From Eledone cirrhosa (Eukaryota), in assembly GCA_964016885.1 (NCBI GenBank), contig CAXHJY010000117.1:7260-71259 (forward strand): 64,000 nucleotides of DNA, read 5' to 3'. Numbering within the stretch: the first letter of the stretch is position 1; each line of letters starts with the position of its first letter. This document shows, in pieces, positions 1 through 13,464 of the stretch. A program made the translations under genes and the position numbers. A model generated the notes under the pieces. That model was not told the DNA's origin. It saw only the letters and a program-made list of their open reading frames with translations, and ran no database searches.

Positions 1-222
1 ATTTATCTATAAAACTGTTTATATCGTATTTTGTCTGATGAAGGCATAGCATATTGTTAATATGATATCCCCGAAATATATATAATGAAATAAATATGGT
101 TTTATAAATATAGTTTTCCATTTATTTAATATTGTAAATATACTCCAAATATTTGTCGAGTGCTTTTATATCAGTTATAAATATTTACTAGTTGTAACCC
201 AACAATTTTAAATATAACTTTA
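1..222 (+). mobile_element. Family A hammerhead-bearing Penelope-like terminal remnant (cut by window edge)
   Basis: Homologous to 14918-15250 and 8040-8150; ends in (TA)n; GAGTGC at 158-163. Confidence 0.65.
27..92 (+). ncRNA. Minimal type I hammerhead ribozyme (family A)
   Basis: Helix I TATTTTGT/ATGAAATA, CTGATGA 35-41, helix II CATATT/AATATG, GAAA 73-76, palindromic helix III TATATA, TA cleavage site. Confidence 0.8.
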
Positions 223-230
223 CATATATT

Positions 231-263
<33 letters not shown>

Positions 264-298
264 ATTTATATATATATATATTTATATATATATATATT

Positions 299-1038
299 AT
301 ATCGTGTAATCAGAAACTAAGAAAAACATTTAAATATTATAAACCTAATTAATAACATTATTTTAGATATTAATGTAGGGCGGTGGATTGGCAGTATCGG
401 TAGAGGGTCGGACGCCATGCTTTCCAGCATAGTTACGTCCCTTTACGATCTGAGTTCAAATCCCGCCGAGGTTGACTTTGCCTTTCATCCTTACGGGGTC
501 GATAAAATAAAGTACCAGTAATGCACTGGGTAATTGCTGGCCTTGTGCCTAAAGTAGAAACAATATTTTAGATATTAATATATAATTTAATTTAAATGTT
601 AGTTAACCTATAAATTTAATTTAATTAAAATTCTACTACAGATGAGATTATAAAATATTGTGTAATCATAAAATTGTGAAAAACTTTTAAATATTACTAA
701 TATATACTTTGTAAATTAATTTATAGATTAATTTTAATTTATTTAACCTTTTACTAAAATTCCTTTACAGATAAAATTTAACAAAATATCGTGTATTCAA
801 TGACAGAGAAATATTTTTTAATATTATTGACCTAATTAATGTACAATTTAGAAATATATTTATAATTTGGTTTTAATTTGGTTAACCTAAAATTTAATTT
901 AATTGGCTTAAAATTAAAATCCTAATACAGATGGATTGCAGAGGTGTCATGTAATCATAGACTGAGATAGGTTTTAGATGTATACCTAGTTAATATATTC
1001 TTTGCAATTTTTGAAAAAATATGTATATATATGTGTAC

Positions 1039-1077
<39 letters not shown>

Positions 1078-1590
1078 TATATATGTGTGTATATATTAAT
1101 TTTAATTTTTGTTTACCTATAATTATATTGTACTATAGATAAAATACAATATCTGTTTTAATTATTATAAACCTAATTAACATATACTATAGAAATTAAT
1201 ATATAATTTTTAATTTAGTTAACCTATAATTTATATTCTACTACCGATGTAATACTTTATTTGGTTTTTTTCCCTATTACTAAATTCATTTTCTAATATT
1301 GATACCATAACGTTAATAATTTTAATTTAGTTATACTATAATTAATACTCTACTACTATTTAACTTCAAAATTCCGCTTCAAATATTATAAACCTAAGTA
1401 GTATACACCTTAGAAATCAATATATTAACTATCTTTAATTTAGTTAACCTATAATTAATAGTCTACTTATATTAAATGCATAATTTTGCCTTCTTTCTTA
1501 CATTTCCTAATACTGAAACTACTATGTAAACACATATTATGATCTAAATGCAGATTAATATTCTATGTTTCTTGAAACTATATTTACTAT
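299..1590. repeat. Degenerate AT-rich tandem repeat, unit ~130-160 bp
   Basis: Recurrent variants of ATCGTGTAATCA, AATATTATAAACCTAATTAA and TTAGTTAACCTATAA near 300, 657, 787, 946, 1160 and 1380; interrupted by a SINE. Confidence 0.6.
378..563 (+). mobile_element. tRNA-headed SINE (main family), full length
   Basis: B-box GAGTTCAAATCC, central GCCTTTCATCCTTACGGGGTCGATAAAATAAAGTACCAG; 16-bp TSD TATTTTAGATATTAAT at 359-374 and 564-579. Confidence 0.9.
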
Positions 1591-1629
1591 AATCCCCTCC
1601 CCCACCTATTATTATTTGTATTTGTAAGC

Positions 1630-1761
1630 GTGGATGTATGTATGTATATGTAGGTAGGTATGTATGTTTGGGTGTTTGTATGTGAGTATAAAAATACATA
1701 TGTGCGCATGTAAATAAGGGTGTATGATTGTATATATATATATATATATATGTATATATTG

Positions 1762-1816
<55 letters not shown>

Positions 1817-1931
1817 CTATGTATTTATGTGGGTATATGTGTGTATGTATATGTATGCGCATATATACGTCTATGTGTATATGTGTGTATGTGTATATAT
1901 GTACGCATATGTGCATGTATATGTGAGTGTG

Positions 1932-1962
<31 letters not shown>

Positions 1963-2013
1963 TTGTAGTTGATGTGTGTATGTGTATATATATATATGTG
2001 TATGTATATGTAT

Positions 2014-2080
<67 letters not shown>

Positions 2081-2180
2081 CATATTTGTCTGACTGGGTG
2101 TATTAATTTATTTATTTATTTATTTCTTTTATTTTATTATTTTATTTTTTTATTTATTTTTATATATATGTATATATATG

Positions 2181-2211
<31 letters not shown>

Positions 2212-2495
2212 GTGTGTGTATATGTATGTATGTATGTGTATGTATATATGTGTGTGTGTGTGTATGTGTGTATATATTTATGTGTATATATATCTCTATT
2301 TATAATGTATATATGTGTATGTATATCCCTTTATTTATGTATGTCTGAGTTGTGTGAGCGTGGTGGTTGTGTTTGTATGTGTATACGCATACATGGATGT
2401 GTATGTATGTGTATATATGCGTATATGTATGTGTGTATGTGTGTGTATATATGTATGTCTATGTATGAATATATATATGTATGTATGTGTATATA

Positions 2496-2534
<39 letters not shown>

Positions 2535-2728
2535 TATATGCGTGTGTGTATATATATATATCTTTGTGTATATGTGTACGTGTACATGTGTGTGTGTATG
2601 TGTGTATATATATATGTATATATATATATATGTATATATATATATGTGTATATTTATATATGTATATATATATATTATATATGTGTGGGTTTGTATGTGT
2701 ATAAGTGTATATACATGAGTGTATTTAT

Positions 2729-2778
<50 letters not shown>

Positions 2779-2973
2779 TGTGAATGTATGTATATATATA
2801 TGTATGTGTGTATATATATATATATATGTGTGTATATATGTATATGTCTATGTATTTATATGTGTATATGTATGTGTCTCTATATGTATGCGCGTATGTG
2901 TATGTGTATATATATGGTGTGTGTATGTATATGTATGTGTATGTATGTGTTCATGTGTATGTATATGTACGTG

Positions 2974-3004
<31 letters not shown>

Positions 3005-3030
3005 ATCGATGTATATTTTATATTTTACTT

Positions 3031-3075
<45 letters not shown>
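1630..3075. repeat. Compound (TA)n/(TG)n/(TATG)n microsatellite
   Basis: Directly visible. Confidence 0.95.
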
Positions 3076-3077
<2 letters not shown>

Positions 3078-3229
3078 CTTAATATTTTTCTTTTTTCTTT
3101 TTCTTTTTATTTCTAAATTTATAGATACATTTATAAATAGGCAGTTTGCTGACACCAGTAAATACTGACCTCTTCCCCCCCCCCACCTACTTTCTGTATC
3201 TGGATCTAAATATGTGTGGCAGTGTTTAT

Positions 3230-4045
3230 GTGCGCGCATTAATGTCCATATGCTTATGATAATAGTATATACACATATGTGTGTGTGAGTGTGTGTGTGT
3301 ATTTATGTTCGTGGTTGTGTGTATGTTCGTGGTTGTGTGTATGTTTATGCGTATATGCGCGTGTGTGTGTGAATGTATGTATATGTGTGAGTATATGAAT
3401 GTGTATATATTTATTTTTATATTTATATGTTTATATGCGTATATGTATTTTATCTGTAGATTATAAACATACAGAGGACATTAGCCCTGAATTTTTGTAT
3501 TTACATACATCTTTTCGGCATGCGTATGCATGTGAACATATATTTTTATGCATATCTGTGAACGAAGTTACTTACATATATACACACACCTAACTGTATA
3601 AACTTTTTGTGTTTCCATTGGTCAATTTGAACTCTGTTCCCAAACAGACCTGTAATTTTGAATTGTTGTTATTATCAATAAATATATTTCATTATTTCTG
3701 AAGACGGCATATATATGAGTTGGTATGTATATTTAATTTTGATAGTTTGTATAATTTTGTATAATTTTGTATAATTTTGTACATAGATCTGTTAAATATA
3801 CATGCAATTCTAACACATATATATCCCAGAAACGATCGTTAATAATGAACTTTTTTTGTTTAATATAAGGAACTGTTTCATTGTTTTATTCATTATTTTT
3901 TTAATATTTTATCTTGACTCTGTATTCCGTTATCTTTCACCGAAAGTGATTTTTCATTGCATCTCTTCTTTCCATGATATCCGGATTACATTGAGTTCTT
4001 CATACGGATTGGACACTACCGTAAACTCTTGGTAGATTTATCTAC
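3230..4045 (+). mobile_element. Family B hammerhead-bearing element
   Basis: Homologous over ~650 bp to 61080-61697; contains the hammerhead fold at 3688-3849; boundaries approximate. Confidence 0.65.
3688..3849 (+). ncRNA. Hammerhead ribozyme with ~120-nt helix II (family B)
   Basis: TTCATTATTT-CTGAAGA (3698-3704) ... GAAA (3829-3832)-CGATCG-TT-AATAATGAA. Confidence 0.7.
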
Positions 4046-4066
4046 ATATATTTATATATATATATT

Positions 4067-4097
<31 letters not shown>

Positions 4098-4221
4098 TTA
4101 TATATATTTATATTTATAATTATATATTTTTATATATATATATATTTATAAATGAAGTAACTCCGTCGGAAAAGTCCAGTAAAAAAGAGTGCTTTATGTA
4201 ATAAACAACATAAGGCAATTA

Positions 4222-4282
4222 TTTCATTTACCAGTGGTTTCTTAAAAGCAAACAAAATTTGCTTTCAATCATCAGAATGAAA
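4222..4282 (-). ncRNA. Type I hammerhead ribozyme
   Basis: Minus strand: TTTCATT-CTGATGA-TTGAAAGCAAA/TTTGCTTTTAA-GAAA-CCACTGG-TA-AATGAAA; all three helices pair. Confidence 0.88.
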
Positions 4283-4334
4283 AAATCCTGGCGTATTTCT
4301 TGACGTTGGATTTTTTAAAATCAGAAACGAAATA

Positions 4335-5008
4335 TCATATATTTATATATATTTATATACATATTTATATATATGTATTTATATACATATTTATATATAT
4401 ATATCATATATTATATATATAGTATACATATTTATATATATATATCATATATTTATATATATTTATATACATATTTATATATATATATCATATATTTATA
4501 TATATATATATTTATATATATATATATTTATATATATTTATATATATTTATATATATTTATATATATTTATATATATATATATTTATATATATATATATT
4601 TATATATATATATATTATATATTTATATATATATATATTTATATATTTATATATATATATATTTATATATATATATATTTATATATTTATATATATATAT
4701 TTATATATATATATATTTATATATATATATATACATATTTATATATATATATACATATTTATATATATATATTTATATATATATATATACATATTTATAT
4801 ATATATATATACATATTATATATATATATATACATATTTATATATATATATATATATATATACATATTTATATATACATATTTATATATATACATATTTA
4901 TATATATATATATTTAAATATGTATATATAAATATATATATATTTATATATATATATTTAAATATGTATATATAAATATATATATATTTATATATATATA
5001 TACATATT

Positions 5009-5084
<76 letters not shown>

Positions 5085-5091
5085 ACATATT

Positions 5092-5168
<77 letters not shown>

Positions 5169-5175
5169 ACATATT

Positions 5176-5212
<37 letters not shown>

Positions 5213-5243
5213 ACATATTTATATATATATACTATATATAATT

Positions 5244-5277
<34 letters not shown>

Positions 5278-5349
5278 TATATATATATATTTATATATAT
5301 ATATTTATATATATATATTTATATATATATATATATTTATATATATATT

Positions 5350-5380
<31 letters not shown>

Positions 5381-5393
5381 ATATATTTATATT

Positions 5394-5427
<34 letters not shown>

Positions 5428-5433
5428 TATATT

Positions 5434-5469
<36 letters not shown>

Positions 5470-5878
5470 TATATATATATATTTATATTCATATATATAT
5501 ATATATCATATAATATATATTTATATATATATATATTTATATATATATTTATATCATATATATATATATATCATATATTTATATATATATATATATATAT
5601 ATTTATATTCATATATATATATATATCATATTTATATATATTTATATATATATATTTATATATATATATTTATATTCATATATATATATATCATATAATA
5701 TATATTTATATATATATATATTTATATATATATTTATATTCATATATATATATATATCATATATTTATATATATATATATATATATATTTATATTCATAT
5801 ATATATATATATCATATTTATATATATTTATATATATATATTTATATATATATTTATATCATATATATATATATCATA

Positions 5879-5918
<40 letters not shown>

Positions 5919-5989
5919 TATATATATATATCATATATATATATTTATATTCATATATTTATATATATATATTTATATATATATATATT

Positions 5990-6020
<31 letters not shown>

Positions 6021-6608
6021 TCATATATATATATATATATATATTTATATTCATATATATATATATATATATTTATATTCATATATATATATATATATAT
6101 TTATATTCATATATATATATATCATATATTTATATATATATATTTATATTCATATATATATATATATTTATATTCATATATATATATATATTTATATTCA
6201 TATATATATATATATTTATATTCATATATATATATTTATTTATATTCATATATATATATATTTATATTCATATATATATATTTATTTATATTCATATATA
6301 TATATATATTTATTTATATTCATATATATATATTTATTTATATATATATATTTATATTTATATATATATATTTATATTTATATATATATATTTATATTTA
6401 TATATATATATTTATATATTTATATTTATATATATATAATTATATTTATATATATATATTTATTATTTCATATATATATATAAATTTATATTTATATATA
6501 TATATTTATATTTATATATATATATTTATATTTATATATATATATTTATATTCATATATATATATTTATATATATATTTATATATATGTATATACATATA
6601 TTTATATA
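4335..6608. repeat. (TA)n-derived array with TTTA/TTCA/TCA interruptions
   Basis: Directly visible. Confidence 0.95.
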
Positions 6609-6808
6609 TAACGAAAGAAGTGTGGTAAGGAACCAGCTGGACCATAACGCACCAGAGTACTCAATACTTAGGGTTATAGAGTGGGTAATAGGAAAATGTT
6701 TAACCCCGACGGCAGAGCTCAAGCCGTTTCAACGGCTATTTCTGTACGCGTCTAGAAATAGCCGTCGAAACGGACTGAGATCTGCCGTCGGGGTTACACA
6801 TTTTTCTA
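6609..6808. mobile_element. Family C fold-back element
   Basis: Starts AACGAAAGAAGTGTGGTAAGGAACCAG; inverted arms ~6691-6743 and 6754-6806; flanked by (TA)n; six copies in window. Confidence 0.8.
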
Positions 6809-6811
6809 GTA

Positions 6812-6851
<40 letters not shown>

Positions 6852-6856
<5 letters not shown>

Positions 6857-7140
6857 CTATACTTGGGGAGGGTCATATTGTTATAATAATATTGCCAGAA
6901 ATAATAACAGAACACACTCATTGTTTGGTTTCTTTTCGCTTCTGCATCTTTTATATCTCCACAGTTAATTTATTTGGCAATCAATGTTTATCATTGTCTT
7001 ACCAACGGTTAAAAAATACAGATATAAAAAAATATATATAGTTTAACAAAGTTCTTTCGTTGCACACCTACAACATCATCTGTGGTACTATTATCATGTT
7101 TCCTCCCATTGTTTTGTATTGTTCACGCCATTTTTATTTT
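6852..7140 (-). mobile_element. Family D element with degenerate hammerhead (CAGATGA core)
   Basis: Homologous to 17898-18358 and 35140-35238. Confidence 0.7.
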
Positions 7141-7192
7141 ATTTATTTATTCATTTATTTATAAATTTATAAATATACATCCAAATAAATAA

Positions 7193-7236
<44 letters not shown>

Positions 7237-7296
7237 ATTACTTTCAAACTAAAGGGTGTCATGTATGATACAAAATCAAATATATCAAACATATGT

Positions 7297-7552
7297 CTCT
7301 CTCGTTCTCTCTCTCTCTCTCCCTCGTTCTCTCTCTCGTTCTCTCTCTCGTTCTCTCTCTCTCTCTCGTTCTCTCGTTCCCTCTCTCGTTTTCTCGTTCC
7401 CCCTCTCTCTCTCTCCCCCTCTCTATCTCCCCCCCCCTCTCTCTCTCTCGTTCTCTCTCTATCTCTCTCTCACTCTCTATCTATTTCTTTCTCTCTCTCT
7501 CTTTCTCTCTCTCTCTTTATCTCTCTTTCTCTCTCTCTTTCTCTCTCTCTCT
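7297..7552. repeat. (CT)n-rich polypyrimidine tract
   Basis: Directly visible. Confidence 0.9.
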
Positions 7553-7980
7553 ATATATATATATTTATTTATTAATTTATTTATTTATATATATTTATTT
7601 ATTTATTTATAAAATCATTCGTCCTAAGGCTTGCACTCTGACATGTTTTTATCTCTTAGTATTCTTCTGAAAGTATAATTATTCCAGTAATGGTTAGATT
7701 GGACTACCAGCCGCATTATTAAAAACAATAATATTTCTTCTCTGAAGATTCGCTGAAAATATTCTTTATAATAATATATATGCAGACGTACACACATATA
7801 TGTATACAATTGTTATATTGCTTCGATGAAATACCGTCTAAGGAGTAACATTTTTTAAAAAAATTTATTGCCTTCTCCTCCATTTATTTTTGTGTGTATG
7901 TATTTCGTTCAGCGCAGCGGTAGGAGTTCTCCTACATGGATATAAAGTAGTGGCCATACTCGAAAACGAGTTGGCAGCCA

Positions 7981-8022
<42 letters not shown>

Positions 8023-8067
8023 GCAATGATATTAAATAAATGCAAACTATATTTATAAAACCATATT

Positions 8068-8128
8068 TATTCTATTATATATATTTCAAAGGTACCAAAT
8101 CTTTGGTACGCTCTCATCAGATAAAATA
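8068..8128 (-). ncRNA. Minimal type I hammerhead (family A-related)
   Basis: Minus: TATTTTAT-CTGATGA, helix II GTACCAAA/TTTGGTAC, GAAA-TATATA-TA-ATAGAATA. Confidence 0.85.
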
Positions 8129-8212
8129 CAAAGTTTGTTTTATAAATATTGACATACCCAGGAATAGGATCTCAACGGTTATTTCTGGATATATAGATAT
8201 ATATATATATAC

Positions 8213-8243
<31 letters not shown>

Positions 8244-8948
8244 AGACAAAACTTTCCAATCACAGTACCTAGTTTTCGTTAATTCAGCTACATGTCTATT
8301 TGGAGTAAATTTCAGCCTCCACGAAGAGTTACAGTCCAACTAGGCAACATGTGGGAGGAATGGAGAGACATCTTGGTCACATGGAGGGGAGAGGGGGGGA
8401 GGGGGACTTTCCAACTTATGCAATGGTTGAGGTGGTGGAATTGATGAGGATGGTTTTAGGTGGTTCTGGAGGCGGTGGTGGGAGCTAGTAGAGGTTGTGG
8501 GATGGGTGGTGTTTGTGGTAGAGGTGGCCTGTGGTTGTTTTAGTGATAGTGGTTGTGGTTGTTGTAGTGATGGTGGGTGGGTGGTGTTTGATTGAGGTTA
8601 TGTGGGCCTGTGGCTGTCGCAATGGCTGTGGTTGGGGTAATGGTGGGGGGGTGTAGTCGTAGTGGTGGTGGTGATCAGTGGTAGTGGTCGTCAGTGGTTT
8701 AAAGCCGAGGCGACTGCCTGTGTTGTGTTTCAATGAGCAGCCCTATAGAAGTAGGGAAGCTCGTAGCTGGGGTGCACCAGTCGGTTGGCTAGATTCATGT
8801 CGGGTATCATAGGGGTGTCCACATATTTGTTCAGCTGTCCCACTGGAAAGATAAGATGGAACATAACAACGGTGTGAGGAGTGGCTCATTACTCAACGGT
8901 CGTGTATGTATACATATACACGTATATATACTATATATATATATATAT

Positions 8949-9278
8949 AAATATCTTTAAGTCGTTTGGAAGCCTCGACAATGCAGATGGGTAAATCTCC
9001 GGGTAACAAGGTCCGGTGGTGGAGAGAGAGATGTAAGTGGGTGTACGTTGAGATGCGTTGTTATTTTTATTTTATCCTTTATACTCTTCCCTTCATTCTA
9101 CACATCTCACACATCTTATACACACCACGCATCTCAACGTACACCCACTTACATCTCTCTCTCCACCACCGGACCTTGTTACCCGGAGATTTACCCATTT
9201 GCATTGTCGAGGCTTCCAAACGACTTAAAGATATTTACTCATTGTTCCACAATGCTTCAAGCAAACTTCAATACTCAT
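8949..9278. mobile_element. Family H fold-back element
   Basis: Near-perfect inverted arms 8949-9057 and 9128-9236; same family at 11794-12360. Confidence 0.85.
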
Positions 9279-9370
9279 ATATATATATATATATACTATA
9301 AGGATATATATACTATAATGATATAAGGATAAAGAAACAAGAATCAGTGTTGCATCATAACATATTTAAT

Positions 9371-9463
9371 AACATATTACATATGTTTCACTATCGATCA
9401 ACTCGAGAAAGACCTATTATTGTTCGAACCCGACTCTGTAATCGAAAGATCATCAGATATGTT
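9371..9463 (-). ncRNA. Hammerhead ribozyme with ~60-nt helix II (family F, left arm)
   Basis: Minus: AACATAT-CTGATGA ... GAAA-CATATG-TA-ATATGTT. Confidence 0.8.
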
Positions 9464-9507
9464 GCCTATGATTCTATGCATAGAATCGGAGACGAGATCA
9501 CATAGGA

Positions 9508-9601
9508 AACATATCTGATGATCTTTCGATTACAGAGTCAGGTTCGATCAATAATAGATCGTTCCTCGAGCTGATCGATAGTGAAATATATGTAATATGT
9601 T
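9508..9601 (+). ncRNA. Hammerhead ribozyme with ~60-nt helix II (family F, right arm)
   Basis: AACATAT-CTGATGA (9515-9521) ... GAAA (9583-9586)-TATATG-TA-ATATGTT. Confidence 0.8.
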
Positions 9602-9732
9602 ATTAAATATGTTATGATGCAACAATGAATCCTTGTTCCTTTATCCTTATAGTATTATACTCTGCTCTGCGCGAGCATCGAGTGCTCAACCGGCATACCG
9701 CCTATGAATGCAATTTTTCTTGCAAGCATACA

Positions 9733-9805
<73 letters not shown>

Positions 9806-9975
9806 GTGTGTGTGTGTAAAAGGTAAACAGAAATAACAACACAATCGGTACAGTATATGGAAGGGAGCAGATGTGTATGTATGTATGTATATATATATAT
9901 ATATGTGTATATATATGTATATGATGCAACACTGATTCTTTGTTCCCATATACATTAATTATATATATATATATA

Positions 9976-10019
<44 letters not shown>

Positions 10020-10443
10020 TGTACTTCCTATCTGTTTGTTTGTTCTTTTTGTTTGTTCACGAACTGCTTCTATGGTTTTGGAGACAGACCCCCCCCCCCC
10101 CTTAACAATATATATTCTGAAACTACATTGCCCAAGGTACTTGGATAAGTATATTTCATTTTAATAAAAGGCTTCCCCGGCGGCACAAAGCCCCGGTGAA
10201 AATGTTTTCTCTTCGATTTATATGAAATTTAAACCATAGGTAAATGACAAGATATGATGCCTATTCACAATATTCCAGCAAATTTCAATAATATTAAAAC
10301 ACCCTAATGGGGGTTAAACCCCCGATAGTGAACATATTTTTTTGTTTTTTTTTGTTCAGGAACTCCTCCTATGGTTTTGGAGATAGGCCCCCATAACCAT
10401 ATTGACTGCATATAACTGTATTGTTGAGGCTTCCAAAACGACC

Positions 10444-10489
<46 letters not shown>

Positions 10490-10492
<3 letters not shown>

Positions 10493-10555
10493 ATCCCGTT
10501 AAGGGTGAAAGCAGCAATTCTTTGCTTAAACTTTAATCTGTTATTTTAATAAATA
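10490..10555 (+). mobile_element. Family I fragment
   Basis: AGATCCCGTTAAGGGTGAAAG...AAACTTTAATCTG, also at 21117-21258 and 63030-63100. Confidence 0.7.
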
Positions 10556-10572
10556 TATATATATATATATAT

Positions 10573-11753
10573 TATATATATCCAAAATTAAGATAAATTG
10601 AATTAAATTAAATTAAATCAAATTAAATTAACGGTCATAAAATGCTCGGATCTACTCATTAGAATCTTGGAGCATATTTTACGGGTGATATGGCGCATGT
10701 CTATCTGACATGACACCCTTAATTTAATTTGATTTAATTTAATTTAATTCAATTTATCTTAATTTTGGATATATATAAATACGGCCCCTTAGTTCTAGAG
10801 CTAACTCAGTTGAAAGGACTTGACTGCTGTTTCTAGTTGTCGATAACCCTATTCACGCCACTGGAACGAAGCTGGTATGATGTGTGTATTTTTAGTAGAT
10901 ACAACACGTGTTACTGGCCAGTCGCTGATTTGAACTTGATGCGTAAACACAGATCGCTGGACCTCTTCTTTGTTGAAAATCCAGGACCTGGCTACTGTCG
11001 TTTACCAATCGATTAATTGGTGAAATATATTTCTTTAATGGAATATATACAAGGAAGATTAATCAATTTATAAGGTATCTATTTTTCAAGTTTTAGTTAA
11101 ACTTTAATTAGTTACCTACCTAGCTGTATGTGCTTACACACTTTTACAAATTATTCCCTGTGATTGTTTCATATGTTTTTTTTAGATATATATATATGTC
11201 AATCAATTTCTAGTTGATATAAAATGCTCGGATCTATTCATTGGAATCTTGGAGCATATTCTACAGTGGATATCGCGCATGTCTCTCTGACATGGCACCC
11301 TTAATTTAATTTTGGATAAATATACGGCTACTTAATTGTAGAGCTAACTCAGTTGAAAGGACTCGGCTGCTATTTCTACTTGTCGGTAACCCTATTCACG
11401 ACACTGGGATGAAGCTGGTACGATGTGTGTTTTTTTTTTAAAATGCAACACGTGCTGCTAGTCATTCGCAGATTTGAATTTGCTGTGTAAACACAGATAG
11501 TTAAATCTTCTCCCTTGTTGAAAATCCGTTTGGCTACTGTGGTTTACCGATCGGTTAATGGTGAAATATATTTCTTTAATGAAATATATACAAGGAAGAT
11601 TAATCAATTTATAAGGTATCTATTTTTCAAGTTTTAGTTAAACTTTAATTAGTTACCTACCTAGCTATGTGTGCTTACACACTTTTACAAATTATTCCCT
11701 GTGATTGTTTCATATGTTTATTTTTGATATATATGTCAATCAATTTCTAGTTG

Positions 11754-11758
<5 letters not shown>
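10573..11758 (+). repeat. Head-to-tail dimer (10638-11220, 11220-11758) with a short 5' inversion
   Basis: Both units begin AAAATGCTCGGATCTA and end CAATCAATTTCTAGTTGATAT; 10573-10630 is the inverted copy of 10719-10777. Confidence 0.85.
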
Positions 11759-11793
<35 letters not shown>

Positions 11794-11796
<3 letters not shown>

Positions 11797-12355
11797 AGAG
11801 TATTGAAGTTTGCTTGAAGCATTGTGGAACAATAAGTAAATATCTTTAAGTCGTTTGGAAGCCTCGACAATGCAGATGGGTAAATCTCCGGGTAACAAGG
11901 TCCGGTGGTGGAGAGAGAGATGTAAGTGGGTGTACGTTGAGATGCGTGGTGTGTATAACATGTGTGAGATGTGTAGAATGAAGGGAAGAGTATAAAGGAT
12001 AAAAATAAAAATAACAACACAAGAGAGAGTTACCTTGGGAGAGATTTAATAGTCCCTATATATTTCGGATTCACATCCATCAACTGGGGTTTTTTTTCCA
12101 GGGTGGGGGAAAAGGTTGTCTGTCGGACAACTCGGAACGCGTCTTTCGCTGTTTGTTACCTCTCCCAAGGTAACTCTCTTGTGTTGTTATTTTTATTTTT
12201 ATCCTTTATACTCTTCCCTTCATTCTACACATCTCACACATGTTATACACACCACGCATCTCAACGTACACCCACTTACATCTCTCTCTCCACCACCGGA
12301 CCTTGTTACCCGGAGATTTACCCATCTGCATTGTCGAGGCTTCCAAACGACTTAA

Positions 12356-12360
<5 letters not shown>
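11794..12360. mobile_element. Family H fold-back element, ~200-bp arms
   Basis: Inverted arms ~11840-12043 and 12161-12360; (TA)n on both sides. Confidence 0.88.
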
Positions 12361-12453
<93 letters not shown>

Positions 12454-12639
12454 GTGTATATATATATATATATATATAAAGACTATTGTTGGTCTGTGTA
12501 GCATTAATAGTCCCAGTTAATGCCAGTACTGCCTAAATCTCTGACATCTATATAATACCTTTTAACGTTGTGTAGTTACCACTATTTACTCCCATCATCA
12601 GTACATGGTTGACGTGATCATTTAACAAGTCTAACATTA

Positions 12640-12721
12640 TATATATATACACACACACATATATATATGCACATATATATATATATAAATATACATATAC
12701 ATATATATACACATATATATG

Positions 12722-12754
<33 letters not shown>

Positions 12755-12899
12755 GTATATATACATACACATATGTATACATATATATATATATGCATAT
12801 ATATATATGTATATATACATATATATATGTATATATACATACACATATGTATACATATATATATATATATGCATATATATATATATACATACATATATA

Positions 12900-12940
<41 letters not shown>

Positions 12941-13182
12941 ACATACATATATATATACATACATATATATATATACATACATATATATATATATGCATAC
13001 ATATATATATATACATACATATATATATATATGCATACATATATATATACATACATATATATATATGCATACATATATATATATATATACATACATATAT
13101 ATATATATATACATACATATATATATATATATGCATACATATATATATATATATACATACATATATATATATATATGCATAC

Positions 13183-13214
<32 letters not shown>

Positions 13215-13408
13215 GCATATATATACATACATATACATATATACATAGATACATATATGCATACATACATATATACATATGTAAGTATGTATATATATAT
13301 TTATACATATATACATATATAGACACATATATATATTTATTTATATATATATGTATATATACATATTTATATATATATATATATATGTATACATATGTAT
13401 ATGTATAT

Positions 13409-13460
<52 letters not shown>
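12640..13460. repeat. (TA)n/(CATA)n/(CA)n compound microsatellite
   Basis: Directly visible. Confidence 0.95.

Positions 13461-13464
<4 letters not shown>

Larger units (their letters stand above)
9321..9652. mobile_element. Family F fold-back element with a hammerhead in each arm
   Basis: Inverted arms ~9322-9470 and 9501-9651. Confidence 0.85.

Noticed and set aside
6609-6808. Fold-back elements as MITEs
   Set aside because: Arms are asymmetric with a one-sided tail, and the turning point varies between copies, unlike fixed terminal inverted repeats.
7735-7772. CTGAAGA-TTCGCT-GAAA-ATAT-TC hammerhead candidate
   Set aside because: No helix I pairing and no helix II.
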